DNA of 64,000 nucleotides from Oculina patagonica (Eukaryota): NCBI RefSeq assembly GCF_052425735.1, contig NC_135760.1, positions 8,866,001 to 8,930,000 of the forward strand, read 5' to 3'. Shown piece by piece: positions 13,201 to 25,493 of this stretch (position 1 is its first letter; each line of letters starts with the position of its first letter). The notes under the pieces were generated by a model. It saw only the letters and a program-made list of their open reading frames with translations, ran no database searches and was not told where the DNA came from. The position numbers and the translations under genes were made by a program.

Positions 13201-14733
13201 TCATCCGGTTGCCAGTCTTTAATCAGGAAAATCCATATTTTTATTTTGAATTTTATGCCCAAATTTAAAATTCGAGACAAACTAATTCCCGTGTATTTCC
13301 ATCAGTGTTTTATGGAGGCCTTTAAGATGTTTCGTCTAAAATGAGGTTCTTTGAAACCTAAATGTACCTTAATTTTTCCCACACTTTGACTGTTCAATGC
13401 ATGCAAACTGAACGCTGATGAGCTAAAGTGTTGATTTCATTTAAACTAACTGAAAATTAACCCAAAAACGAATTTGAAGCTCATTCCGAAGTGTTGATTG
13501 CGTTTCAGCTAAAACTAAACCAAGAAAAACGTCTTTGAAGCCATCTCAAGTCAAACATTTTGCAGTTTTGTATTCTCAAATGCTACACTTGATCTCTGTG
13601 ACATATCTCGATTAACTTCCCCAGGTTCGCCCACTCTCTGTGGTATTTGTGCGAAATCAGCTTGGATAAATATTTATTCGTTTTCGGTAATTCACACATT
13701 TATTTACCCCAAATCGACACGATTCTTTAAAATACGTTGTTTAAAACAATTGCTTTACATTTAAACCATTTCTGTTTTCAAAAGAGAAAAAAGTATTGTG
13801 TATTTTGTTTTATCAAAAATCCCACGTTGCGAGCAATTAATCAAAGTGCCTCTTCTCTCGTGCTTCGGATTTAAGCTCCACATGAAAATGAAAAAAAACA
13901 AATATTATCTACTATGTCGCCGCAGGACCACAAATGGTTTCTTATCATCTTCTATACAAAAATCTTTCTCATTCAGTGTTAATGTAGATCCAAACTTGCT
14001 CATTTAAGGTTCAGAGCCAGTAAACCACTAGAACAGCTACAGATAGCATTTTATTGTAGAATTGTAGAATCTTCGAGATTCATCAACAATTCTTTCTTTA
14101 AAAATTCAAAGTTAAGAATGGCTCTTGAAAATTAAAGGATTTTTTTTAATTGTTTTAACTAGAAAAACCCAAATAAAATATGCATGACAAAATTATTAGG
14201 GGATATACATGTCAAACCTTCTGCTAAGATAAGCATGTCAGATTAAAAAAAGCATTTGTTCTTTTTTTTCTGTTCAAAATAGTAAGCTTTTACTTATCAT
14301 ATTTAGGGCGTTATTAGTAAAGTTTCTTCTCTTGCCCTTCGGATTGGCGCGCGCAAGCCAAGGATGTGAATAAAATTGTAATGAAAAATTGTAAAGCGCT
14401 CAAATTGAAAGAAACCAGATGGAACTTTTATGACGTGAATGATCAAAACCAAATCACATTGGCTGGCTTACTGTGTGATATGATATTTATCGCCCGGCAA
14501 CCCAGACATCACTCAAGTCAACGGGGGAGAGTTGAGCGATGAAAATCTTCTATGGTTTTCTTTTCTAGTTTTTTAGTGGTCAACGACAGCTGAAAACATA
14601 TTGATATTGCTTGATTATACAAAAATATTTGTACTATATATTACACAAGAATATTTCCTGGCAGAATCATTTACGTCGATCGTTCGCCAGAAGAGGAACT
14701 CGCTGAACAACGCTTGACCAAGTAGGAAAAAAA

Positions 14734-17331
14734 ATGTCTTCCGTGAAAGTGTTAATTTTCCTTCTTGGCGCTATGATGTTAATCATGGAATTCCAAAAGG
14801 CTTCTGCGGCATCCTTGTTTGAGGATCTTGACGGTAGGAGAAAATCAAAACAATTTTTATTTTACTTTGGCTAATCTTCTGGGTTATGTATGGCTTGTTT
14901 CTTTGGTTGATGTTTGCCGTGATCATGGATAGGTGTTCTGCTGCTTTTAAAAGAGTCGTTTTACACTAGAAATAGACTCGTTCGGTTTCCTTTTTTTTTT
15001 TAGAACATATGTAGCTTATGCTTTAAATGACACAGTTGGTTGCATTGAATTGAGTTTTATAAACAATCTTTTTTGAGAGTGAGTAAAGAAATGAAGTATG
15101 GAATAAAATATATAGGAATTATACTTGTCGGAATGGACAAGCGGATTAAGGTAATGTCTTGTTTTGCCTTTTTACGTTTAGACGATGACATTCTAGAGGA
15201 TAGCGATGACTTCGATCTAGATGAGTTTGATGCATCAAAGCTCACGGATGTTCTACAGAACGACGAAAAAGAGAAGAGGGGTAAGAAGAACAAACAGAAA
15301 AGTTTCACCGCATCAAACAAAACAATTATTGTGGGAATTGTCAGAGGAAATCGCACCTGTTAAGTATGGTGCAAAATAATGCATTGACAAATTTGTGGTC
15401 CACAACTGATGAAATTAAACATTAATCTGTTGCTTATCTTGTTGTCAAATAAGAAGAAGAATTTTCACTTTGTCAGGTTCCGTCTTGTCTCAAATTTATT
15501 CATTGTTAGTCAAAATGTGAGAATAATTTCATTTTAAGGTTGTTGTTTTTTTAAGAGTAAGCTGTTTAAGGGATTTTCCAATTAACCACGCGGTATATGT
15601 GTGCAGTTCAAATAACTCCGGGGAGCTGTCTAGATTTCGTCGATGGTTTACCCACAAAATTTTATTTTTCCCAACTCCCCTTGTTCTCGCTACATGGTCA
15701 AACTGTTTTTCTGAATGAAAATTGTTCTGTTTACAAGTTCAGTATCCTTACGTCGGTAGAACATTCGATAACTAATTAATTAATTCAAATTGACGTTTTT
15801 TAACTGTACATCACGAAAATGTTAACGATGAAAGATTTTGTTTCAAAAATTTACCTTCATAAAAGAACTCATAGGTGTTACGATTCCGCACGGAGGTAAC
15901 GTATTAAAAGTCAATTGATTCTGTGTTAGATCAAAGCGGCCCTATAATTTTTACAATTATGATAATCCTTTTTTTTTATTTTTTTTATTTTATGCATAGT
16001 TTTCCAAAAACAAGTAGATGTCTAAGAGGTATCTCAATCAACATCCCACCAACTCGAGCTCCCACTCGTATAAATGCCTTCAGTGGAGCATATGAACGAA
16101 CAATCAATTAAAACCTTAAGTTTTCCACAATCATTGTTGTCGTCATCATCAACATAACCATTACCACCACCATTTTCGTCGTTGTCGTTGTCGTCGACGG
16201 CGTCGTCGTCTTGTCTTCTTCGTCTTCTTCTTCTTCTTCTTCTTCTTCTTCTTCTTCTTCTTCTTCTTCTTCTTTTAGGCCCCGTCCACACTGACCCGCG
16301 GGTAAATTTGAAAACGGAGAAATTTGAAAACCGACGCGTAAAACGTTTTCCGTCCACATTAACCCGGGTAAATTTGAAAACGATACTTACTTTGGAGAGT
16401 GTTTTTGAAAAGCTCCGTTTTCGGTGACCGAAAACGCCGTTTCAGTGTGGACGGTTGGCCTATCCGTGTAAAAAAAGATGCGTTTTCAAATTTACCCGGG
16501 TCAGTGTGGACGGGGCCTTAATAACCATTCCAGCGACCAACTTTCACAATTTCTCAATACTAGAAACAGAATTTAATTTTGAGTACAACAAATGCTGCAG
16601 AATTTGAGGGTAAAAAAGTGATGTAGTTTCAAGGCAAAGCAAAGATTTAAAGAATTCGAGGAAGAAACAATTCAGTATCATTGGAGTTAAGCAACGTTTT
16701 ATATAGATACGAGTCATAACTTATCAACAGTTTAGTTTGTTTTGTGAAGGCCACGCACTGGGCACAGAGGAGTCAAATTTGTCTGAAATTAAAAATTTCT
16801 GCCGTGCAAAACGATCTTCTAATTTGTAAGCGTACGTGATGCACCGCCGTCATGCGATCTCAGTTTACAGAGCGTCTGGCGTTATCGTATTCTGACAATG
16901 GTCGCCTGGGGCGAAATAAATGCATTTTTTTTCGGAAAACGAAGCTTTTCGACTCGGCACAAAGTGTGGTCTCCCACAAACATTGCTGTCTGCGAATGTC
17001 GCACGACGGTACGATCTGTAAACAGATATTGCATGACGGCACGGATCACGTACCCTTACACAATCGCTTAGAAGGTCGTTTTGCACGGTAGAAATTTTCA
17101 TGTGTGGACAAATGTGATTCCTCTGAGCCCTGTCAGCTACGTAAACGCACAAAATTAATCTTTTTTCATGTTAACCTACTTTTCTTTTTTTTTCTTTATT
17201 ATTATTCGACAGGATGTGCTAATTATGGAAGCAGGGCCTTTTGTGAAAGGACCCGAAGTTGGTGCGGAAAAAGTGGCATAAAAGGGAGGCTAACGGCTCG
17301 CAAATGCAAGTACACCTGTGGGGAATGTTAA
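14734..17331 (+). CDS. Damicornin-family antimicrobial peptide precursor, gene 2 (105 aa); closest prepro match to damicornin
   Basis: Exons 14734-14833, 15182-15280, 17213-17331 with phase-1 introns. Translation: MSSVKVLIFLLGAMMLIMEFQKASA-ASLFEDLDDDDILEDSDDFDLDEFDASKLTDVLQNDEKEKR-GCANYGSRAFCERTRSWCGKSGIKGRLTARKCKYTCGEC*. The signal and pro region closely match damicornin as recalled (MKVLVILFGAMLVLMEFQKASAATLLEDFDDDDDLLDD...EKRR). KR cleavage site. 3'UTR intron about 17353-18270; AATAAA at 18522. Confidence 0.92.
16222..16274. repeat. (TCT)n microsatellite with an adjacent GTC/CAT low-complexity tract
   Basis: Seen directly; it accounts for the poly-R, poly-E and poly-L ORFs in the track. 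Confidence 0.95.
16278..16517. mobile_element. PIF/Harbinger-type MITE (TTA target duplication)
   Basis: tta|ggccccgtccacactgaccc ... gggtcagtgtggacggggcc|tta. Confidence 0.85.
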
Positions 17332-17475
17332 GGCTGAACTTGGCTCAAACAGGTTTGTAAAAGACGTACGGACGGACTGACGGAATGGAAGGAGAAAGGA
17401 AAGGAGGGAGGGAGGGAGGGAGGGAGGGAGGAATGAGGGAAGGAAGGAAGGAAGTTTTCAGTAGTCAGCTCTTAA

Positions 17476-17687
17476 AGGAGCAACGTCACGACATTTTTAG
17501 TCATTTTTGTGATTTCTTTAAAATTTAAAGCAACCTCAAAATAAAACGTTTCTAACGTACAAAAACAACAAAAGAGTAATAAAAACGCTTAAATAAACAA
17601 GGATAGTTTTGCCTGACAAAGATAAAGACGGATTGCGAATGACAAACTTGAAAAACCTTGCCAGTTTTTTCAAGTTGCGTTGCTCCT
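17476..17687. mobile_element. Non-autonomous element with TTAA target duplication (Kolobok-like AGG...CCT termini); related copy at about 62375-62743
   Basis: ttaa|aggagcaacg ... cgttgctcct|ttaa. Both copies contain ttgaaaaa...tttttcaagttgc. Confidence 0.65.
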
Positions 17688-18598
17688 TTAATCAAAAAAC
17701 TAAGCCCAAGCCCAACTAAATTTAGACTCGTTTAATTCTGCCCATTATTTTTGTTTACGAAAATAATGTTTTTGCATTTTTATTTTTATTTTATCTTACA
17801 ATTGGTCAGTAATATCACTAGTCAGGTACCGATTTGAAAGAAGTTTTTTTTAAGTGAAATAAGATCATAATTCAAGAGAATCTACATGCTACGCATGTAG
17901 CAGCCTTTCACAAAACTAGAGTTTCAATTTGCATACTTTTACATGAGGTATCCCGTTGGTTTATTACGAAAATATTTTCTGAACCCTGTTTTTGAAACAA
18001 ATGTAAAAGTACAACATTCATGGTTGGTGCAGTGGAATTAGTGTCAATAGCAACAATCCTTATTATCAGATTGACTCCATTATTGAAAGTTTAATTCAGC
18101 TTTTCCAAATAAAATGATCTAAGCCTAGCTAATTTTAATTCCTGGGTGGGGTAAAAGGGTAAAGAGATTTAACTGTAACTCAAGCTACAATGTAATGAGA
18201 CAGGAAAACGATATGTTTTGTCAACATTTTTCGTTAACAATAATACGTATACTTTCTCTCTTTTTTGCAGCTATCGACCATCATGATGTATATGCTACTT
18301 AACTTAATTTAGGATTAGAAAATAATGTCAGGTTCAACCTCGGAATAACTCTGTTGCTTGTGTATGCTTAGTGTTGTATCAATAGCCGCTACAATAGGTG
18401 CTTTGTAAAAAAAGAAACTTGCAACGTCACCATTATAAAAAATGGCCAGGTGACGAAATGAACGCCACAAATATAAAGAGCGTAACGAACATTTAAACAT
18501 TACTGTGAAAGATGCTTCACAAATAAACTATGTATAGCGGTTACTAGTTGTGTTGTTCTGTTCTATATTATAAGAATGACGAACTGTGTTTAATATAC

Positions 18599-18940
18599 GA
18601 GGGTCTCAATGGGGTTAACCGTTAGCCGTAAAACGGCCAAAAATTTAGCCGCTAGGCGTAAAAAATGGAAAATTTTAACCGTTAGCCGTAAAATGTGTTA
18701 ACCGTAAAAATCGATCAGTGATTATAAATAACCCAAACTAGTTCACTTCATCGTCCCAAAAATGGTCCAAAGACCTAAAATACGTTTTTCAATAATGGAA
18801 ATTGATTTTTAACTATTAAAAACAATGAAAATTAACTTTTAACTTCTGTTAACCGTAATGGAAATAAATTAACCGTTAGCCGTAAAAAGGCCAAAATTTT
18901 AACCGTTAACCGTAAAAGCCCCCACCCCATTGAGACCCTC
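18599..18940. mobile_element. GAGGGTC-terminated TIR element with 6-bp target duplication
   Basis: atatac|gagggtctcaatgggg ... ccccattgagaccctc|atatac, with internal aaccgttagccgtaaaa repeats. Confidence 0.85.
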
Positions 18941-21900
18941 ATATACGGCATTTTTGCGTCGAAGGAATATAAGACAAACTGTCTTAAGAGGAGTTAATGT
19001 GGTCTGATTCGTTCAAAGCATTTCGGAAAATCCTAAAGTATTTCTCTATAATTGCAATTCATGTGAAGGCTGTGTAAGATCGCACAAATAAAATGAATCC
19101 GTTAATAGAATAATTAAGTAGCCTTCTGCTTAATTTCCCTTCACCTCTTCCCGTTACGCTTAATTCTGTTTCCATCCATTTCCATCCAGTAAATGCATAC
19201 TTTGTGAATCAACGTAAAGGACTCGTTACGAGAGCAAAGTGGTTCAGTTACATGGACCTCTTGCCCATCAAGTTGGTTCTCAAGTGCAGCACCTTGCTGC
19301 TTAGCGACAGCGCCCCTGAGCTATGGGTTTGGTTACCAACTATTAAGTGAAATAAGATCACAACTACGTTTTACCAACTACGTTTTCCATAAACGTTTGA
19401 AGTCATAGACCCGTGACTGGGTGAAAATAAATTGGCCGTGATTTATTCTTCGGATAAAAAATATATGGAAAAGATGAACAGTGACGCAGGCCATGCACTT
19501 CTCTAAATAGATATTATATTTACTGATCCTCCATTTTTACTTGAGATCTAGTACACGTTTAAACAACGGTAGAATTCTTGGGTAGCACTTGGGCTTATTA
19601 CAATTTGCATGCCTACAGCACCTTAGGTCGTGATCAGTGTCCACAGTCATTTTCTGTTAGCCAATCAACTGGTATTCAATCACATGCTTTCAGAAGACAC
19701 TGCCTCAACTGGCAAGATTGTTGCGCATTTCAATTGAAGTCAGTTTTAATATCCCACTCAAACGCCGCACGGAAAGCTGCAACGGAGCCAGTAAAGTTTT
19801 CAATACATTTTTTGTCCATATCGTTTTCAAAACTGTTTTTAAATGTTATGATACATAAGCAAATCAAGGAATCCGTGTCAATTGCACGGGCGTTTTTCTT
19901 AGCTCGCAGCTATTGGGCTTCTCCGCCTCCCTGGGTATGGTTTCCGAGCGACCAGCAAGCACGGACAAAACGTTGTCAATATTACACAATCGAAAACGTT
20001 ATCGAGAAGCAACGGTGTAGCACAATTCATCAACAGTTCAATATAAAAATGACTTTTCTTCCATTTTCTCTTTTAATTGACCTACTTCATGGATGGCTAA
20101 TCTGGAAAATTACGGCCTAAAATTTCAAAACACCGCCATTTTACATTTGTCGACTTAATCCTCCCAAATCTTTACCAATCTAATAACAATTCAATACCTT
20201 TTCTTTTGGGTAACAGTGGTGTAGTGTTTGGTGAATGGTACGATGTTTTTCTATCTTATTAAGCCTAAGTCGGCATGTTTGTCCTTCACAAGAGAGAAAT
20301 CCCTTAGGAAGAATCCCTACGATAATTTTACAGCATTGAAACTACCAAAACTTTGTTAATTTCCAAACAATTTTTATCAGCTTCATCTACGATCAGACTT
20401 GAAACAAGGTCAAATAATATTAGTGTTAAATTACATGAATTGAGTGGCTTTAATGTCTAGACATAGTTTGTCCTCTTTTCAAAGATTGGGGTATTTATTA
20501 TAATAACTTATTTTTAACTGCGTACACAATTAATATGGGAACGTATTATATTTCAGGCAGTGTAGGTGTGACGCAAAAGTAACGACATACCAAACATATA
20601 ACAAAGTGATTACAAATTTTACTGAATTTAACGGTATTTGGTATATAATCAGGTATAATGCCGTTAAAACGCACTATTTTAGTATTACTGTGGTCAACTT
20701 GGGATTAACATGGGGTCAAAGTTAAAGTCTTAAAATGTGTCACCGGGCAGTTTCGCAATGGCACCGAAGGCAATGGGTGCACTGAGCCAGATTACTCTTT
20801 ATAATCTCGCAGCATTGCCTCTTGAAGCTACTTTGATCTCTTAAGATTCATCGTAGATCCCAAAAAACGCCTTCTGATTTCTGTTTTAATATCATAGGTG
20901 ACAAATTACTCCTTAATTTTGGCGAGAAATTTTAACGTTAATTTATAATTTCACATGTGAAATTATAAAATTGCCATGGCAACGTAGTTAGCGGCAAGAT
21001 GGCGTCCGGGATAAAAGATGTTTTAAAAGCTTAAACTTTGTACATTTTCGCTTGAATTCCATCTTAGCCAGCTAGCCTTGGCCATGTAATAAAACTTTTG
21101 ATGATATTTCATATTTCAAAACATCAAAACGACTTCAAGACTTAAGCCAATTACATAAATGGCATCGAGCGGATTTTTGAGCGTTTTACACGGGCGCCGT
21201 TTTAGCAGTTCATTCAAGACTAGCTATGGTCATCATGTGAGAAATAATTGACGGTTGATTCATCTTTGAAAATTTTTGTCAGCACTGAGCAAAAAGGAAT
21301 CTCTCAAAGGTTTTCTTCAAAGACTAAAAAACTTACGAACTTGAGCAAAATGATGCTTTGAACTTTTCAAAGCTTTCGGAGTTCGCGATGCACTATACCA
21401 GTCAAAAACCTACGATTGCAAGCGTAATTTGTCACCTTTGATATTAAAATGTAATCAAATGTTATACTCGTAAAATTAGGAAATAGTTTCACTTGCATTT
21501 TGTCAAAATAACCCAGGCGGGAATAGCAAGGCGAGGGAAATTATTAGAATTTTGACAAAACGCGCATGAAATTATTTCCTAATTTCACTCGTCACCATTT
21601 GATTACCAATACTAAAACATTTATTACTTTTTTTTTCTGAAACCCAACAAGAATTTTGAAGATGCCAGTCTGGACAAAATAAAACTTAACTGGAATGTGT
21701 TCACTCATAATAGTGTCCGTGGAAAGAAAAATTAGTTTTATAGAACAGTCCATGGTCATAACAATCAGTTGTAACAATCAGTTGTTATAGAAAGTTAAGC
21801 TACAATAACAACTAGAGAATCTTACCTTCAGAGTTCAGTATGATTGGATCTGGTGAGTGTCTTTAAAATTGCCTGTTTTCTCTTGACAAGCATTAAAAGA

Positions 21901-22110
21901 AAGCCAGGGCTTCAAAATTTCAATTCCAACAAGAACCAAAGAAAGGTAAATTAAGAGCGTTGACCACTTTAACGCCTATAGTCCAATTAATCCGGGAATG
22001 ATTATTTTGATGCTATAAATCCTACTTAGAAATGTAATTATGAATGTTTCTTTGAAAGTCAAGGCCACAGTACCCAAACAGGTGATAACAGGTTGACTAC
22101 GTTCAAAAAG

Positions 22111-22117
22111 TATAAAT
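22111..22117 (+). promoter_or_regulatory. TATA box of gene 3
   Basis: TATAAAT 86 nt upstream of the ATG, with an initiator-like ctacagtt about 30 nt downstream. Confidence 0.55.
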
Positions 22118-22196
22118 GCTTCGGGTGAAATGACTTTGAGCTACAGTTTGTCTTAGTGCAATTGAAGAAGATTGTCACACAGAGAGTTGTAACAAA

Positions 22197-24567
22197 ATGG
22201 TATCCAAACAGCTATTCGTCCTTCTCTTGGCTGCAGTTTTGATGATGCAGTATTCAATGACAAGCGGAACAATTCTTGAGGAATTAGGTAAGCTTGAATT
22301 AAAAACCAGTTATACAAAATTCGCGCAATCAATAGGTAGAAAATACATGCTGTTTAAGCTATATCACTCCTGTTCTGTATTGATCTCTACTGTTTTACAT
22401 TGTTTTTCCACTGTTTATTTACTGTTCTGTGCTGGTCAACACTTCAACACTATACAGTTTATATGGTTCGAAATATACCGAGCTATACTGTCTTCTATTG
22501 AAAGTCTTTCCTTAGTGTTTTTTGAACTGCCCGATATACTAATTAATGCTGTTCTATATATTGGTCGAATTATTGCCGTTCCATGTTTGTTTACACTGCT
22601 TTTACACCGTACTATGTTATTCCACATTGGCCGAATTAAAGCCGTGCTTTGTGGGAGACGCGCTCTCCCTTGTAGTTAGCGAGTTGGACTCCGCATCAAG
22701 CGGTCCGAGTTTGATCGAGCGCTGGCGGGGGTCATTGTGTTGTGTTCTTGGGCAATTCATTTTACTCTCAGTGTCTCTCTCCACCCAGGGATATAAATTG
22801 GTACCGGCGAAATGTTAAGGAAATCTAACAAAATGCAGTGCTATGGACTAGCGTATTCCTAGCGAAACTTCGTGCTGCGGAAAATGGGGGGGGGGGGGAT
22901 AGGCCCCGCATCAAGTGGGGGCCAGTTGGCCCAAATGTCGTGACCATTATATGTTGGTCCAGTAGGTCTATGTGGCTCTCTCCGGATTATTTATTGTTCT
23001 ACATTACAACAGAGCAAAAGCCATAGAACCTTTGCAACGAGTGCACTTATGTTGCCTCCGTCCACACATCACTAGAACAGGTTGAAAATACGAGCTTTTT
23101 AAACATATATTTTTCCAACTGTATTTTAACATTTATTGCAGCCATGGTGGAAGACGCAGAATTGGACGAAGCAGAAAACGATTCAAATGGTAAGATAGCT
23201 CTGTCAGTAAATCCCTTTAAAACTCGTCGCCACTAAACTTATATTAATAAATTGCAATGAGGAGTTCGGGAAGGATCCACTAAGGGAAGAGGGAGCGAGA
23301 TCCTTACTTTTCACAAGCTGCTCGGTCGCCGTTCTGTGTGTTTCTGATACCCATTGGGCTCCTGTAGAAAAAATGCATCGACGACAGCAACTTCTAGTAA
23401 TGTAGTAATGAATTCCTTTCATAAATTAGGCGCTGTCACAGGCCTAGTAATATGCTGACAAATTGCAAGATGATAATACAAAAAAAAAAAGTCAAATAAA
23501 ATTCACGGGACTTGTCCGTTTTAAAGTGTCACAAGAGTCCGTAAGTAAATAATGTCAGATTTAACTCTCAATTAAAGATAACAAGAACACAAAGGGAAAA
23601 ACTGGTTGGATTAACCAAAAACTTAAAAAGACACTTCATTATGAAAATGATCTCCAAATGACTTTAAGTATATATCCACTATGATGTTTAATATCAACTA
23701 ATTAAATAGAGATAATATAGGTCAAAATTTAAGAGATATGAATGGAGATTGAAAGTTAGCTTGGATTAATTCGTATTCACTGAGAGAACAAGCCTTGGCG
23801 ACATCAACTGGAAAATTGATGAAGTGAATAATTTGCCTAATACAGAAAAAATGCTTAGGGACGGACCATTATTTTTTTGGAGAGGGGGGGGGGATGAAAA
23901 ATATTGAAAAAAATTGTTTGCAGGGCCTGGAAAGACAAAATAAATTGTTTGCAAACACGATATGTATAACAAAAAATAGTAAGAATTTCGAAAAAAAATG
24001 TTTGCAGAGGTGCGTAAACTAAAAAAAAAGTTTGCAGAGGAAGATTTTTCATCCCCCCTCCCAAGAAAATAATGGTCCCTCCCTTAAAATAATAGGTTCA
24101 CGCGCGTTTCGGTGGTATACAGGGCCGTGACCAGACCCTTGCCATAGACGAAGCAAGATCTTGCTAGGGGGGTTCTGGGGGCATGCATCCAGACAATTTT
24201 GAAATCTAGAAGCTTTGGAAATCTCTCTTCGACATTTTTCACAAGATATGTCTTGAGAAAAATCCATCTTGTTCAACTTGGTATTATTTTCCCAACAAAA
24301 CATATTTTGTTTTTAATTTTGGGCTAAATTTAGAAGAGGCAAGTGCCTCGTCTTGCTTTTTTCGGGTTACGGCCCTGGTATACTTACGATATTTAATATA
24401 TCATTATGGTTATGATTATGATTATCATTTTTTGTTGATGCACAGATTGTTCCAACAAAGGATCCAACTCATTTTGTAACCGATTTAGAAAGTTCTGCAG
24501 GCCGGGAAATAAGAACTATCGCTTTTTGTCAGAGCAGTGTAAATTTTCGTGTGGACTGTGTGGCTGA
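22197..24567 (+). CDS. Damicornin-like/ShKT peptide precursor, gene 3 (86 aa)
   Basis: Exons 22197-22287, 23142-23189, 24446-24567 with phase-1 introns. Translation: MVSKQLFVLLLAAVLMMQYSMTSG-TILEELAMVEDAELDEAENDSND-CSNKGSNSFCNRFRKFCRPGNKNYRFLSEQCKFSCGLCG*. Spacing C-x8-C-x6-C-x13-C-x3-C-x2-C; terminal Gly. TATAAA at 22111. Probable terminal UTR exon from 25613 with AATAAA at 25731. Confidence 0.9.
23858..24083. mobile_element. MITE with TTA target duplication (Zator/PIF-like)
   Basis: tta|gggacggaccattatttt ... aaaataatggtccctccc|tta. Confidence 0.75.
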
Positions 24568-25052
24568 AAGGGCATCGCCGACAATNNNNNNNNNNNNNNN
24601 NNNNNNNNNNNNNNNNNNNNNNNNNNNNNNNNNNNNNNNNNNNNNNNNNNNNNNNNNNNNNNNNNNNNNNNNNNNNNNNNNNNNNNNNNNNNNNNNNNNN
24701 NNNNNNNNNNNNNNNNNNNNNNNNNNAAAGTTCGTTCGTTCGTTCGTTCGTCCCTTAGTTTATTATTCATGTAATTATTATCAATTTTTTCTCTTCGTTC
24801 CCACTACATTTAATCTGAAAAAGTAAAAATTGAATTTAATCACAGCAAACCTGGTAGCCTGATTTTTAAAGACTGCAACAGTTATTTTTTTTTTGTTATA
24901 TTTATTTATTTATCAATGTAGAGGTGTCATTGATATTATTCGTTTGAATAGGAGTACTTAAGGGTGGTATAACAAAATGCGCGCATTTAAAAATCCGGGA
25001 GTTGCAACATTTTTAATTTCGATTAAAAATGGATGAGTAACCAGGCTTCGTA

Positions 25053-25493
25053 ATCTTGTAAAAGTTGGAGGCGTTCTCTGGTTAAAAATTGTTAAAAATA
25101 TAAGCTTTCGGCTGCCAAACTACAGTCTTTAACGAATGATTAAAATAGCGCAAATCAATGAATATATAGAATAAAAATGTGTGGAAACAATGCGGAATAA
25201 AAATACATGAATGAGGTGACAAAAACGAGTAAAAATTATATAAAGAAAATTATTGTCAGAACCTAGACAATATTCCAATCTGTTAAAATAGTTCAGTTTT
25301 TTATCAAATTCTTACTTGTTTTTTGTTACCTTACTCGCGCATTTTTATTCTGTAATTTTTTTCACACATTTTTACTCTATATATTCATTCATTTGCGCTA
25401 TTTTATCTACTACTTAAAGGCTGTATTTTGGCAGCCGAAAGCTTATATTTTTAATAATTTTTAGCCAAAGAACGCTTCCAACTTTTACAAGAT
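25053..25493. repeat. Foldback element with inverted arms of about 200 bp
   Basis: atcttgtaaaagttggaggcgttct...aagctttcggctgccaaa is mirrored by tttggcagccgaaagctt...agaacgcttccaacttttacaagat. Confidence 0.8.

Noticed and set aside
14400-14680. Possible C/EBP-, CRE- and STAT-like motifs upstream of gene 2
   Set aside because: Short motifs expected by chance in AT-rich DNA and not visibly conserved across the four promoters.
16034-16427. Poly-Arg, poly-Glu and poly-Leu ORFs
   Set aside because: Translations of the (TCT)n microsatellite and the adjacent MITE.
18616-18916. Repeated aaccgttagccgtaaaa units; similar short arrays at 30895-30980 and 8310-8403
   Set aside because: These are subterminal repeats of TIR elements, irregularly spaced, with no unique spacers or cas genes, in eukaryotic DNA. 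Not CRISPR.
19578-20120. 180-aa ORF
   Set aside because: Non-ATG start, no recognisable domain or splice-supported structure; it lies in repeat-like intergenic sequence.
24516-24826. ORFs spanning the N-run at 24586-24726 (likewise 6200-6508)
   Set aside because: Artefacts of assembly gaps.
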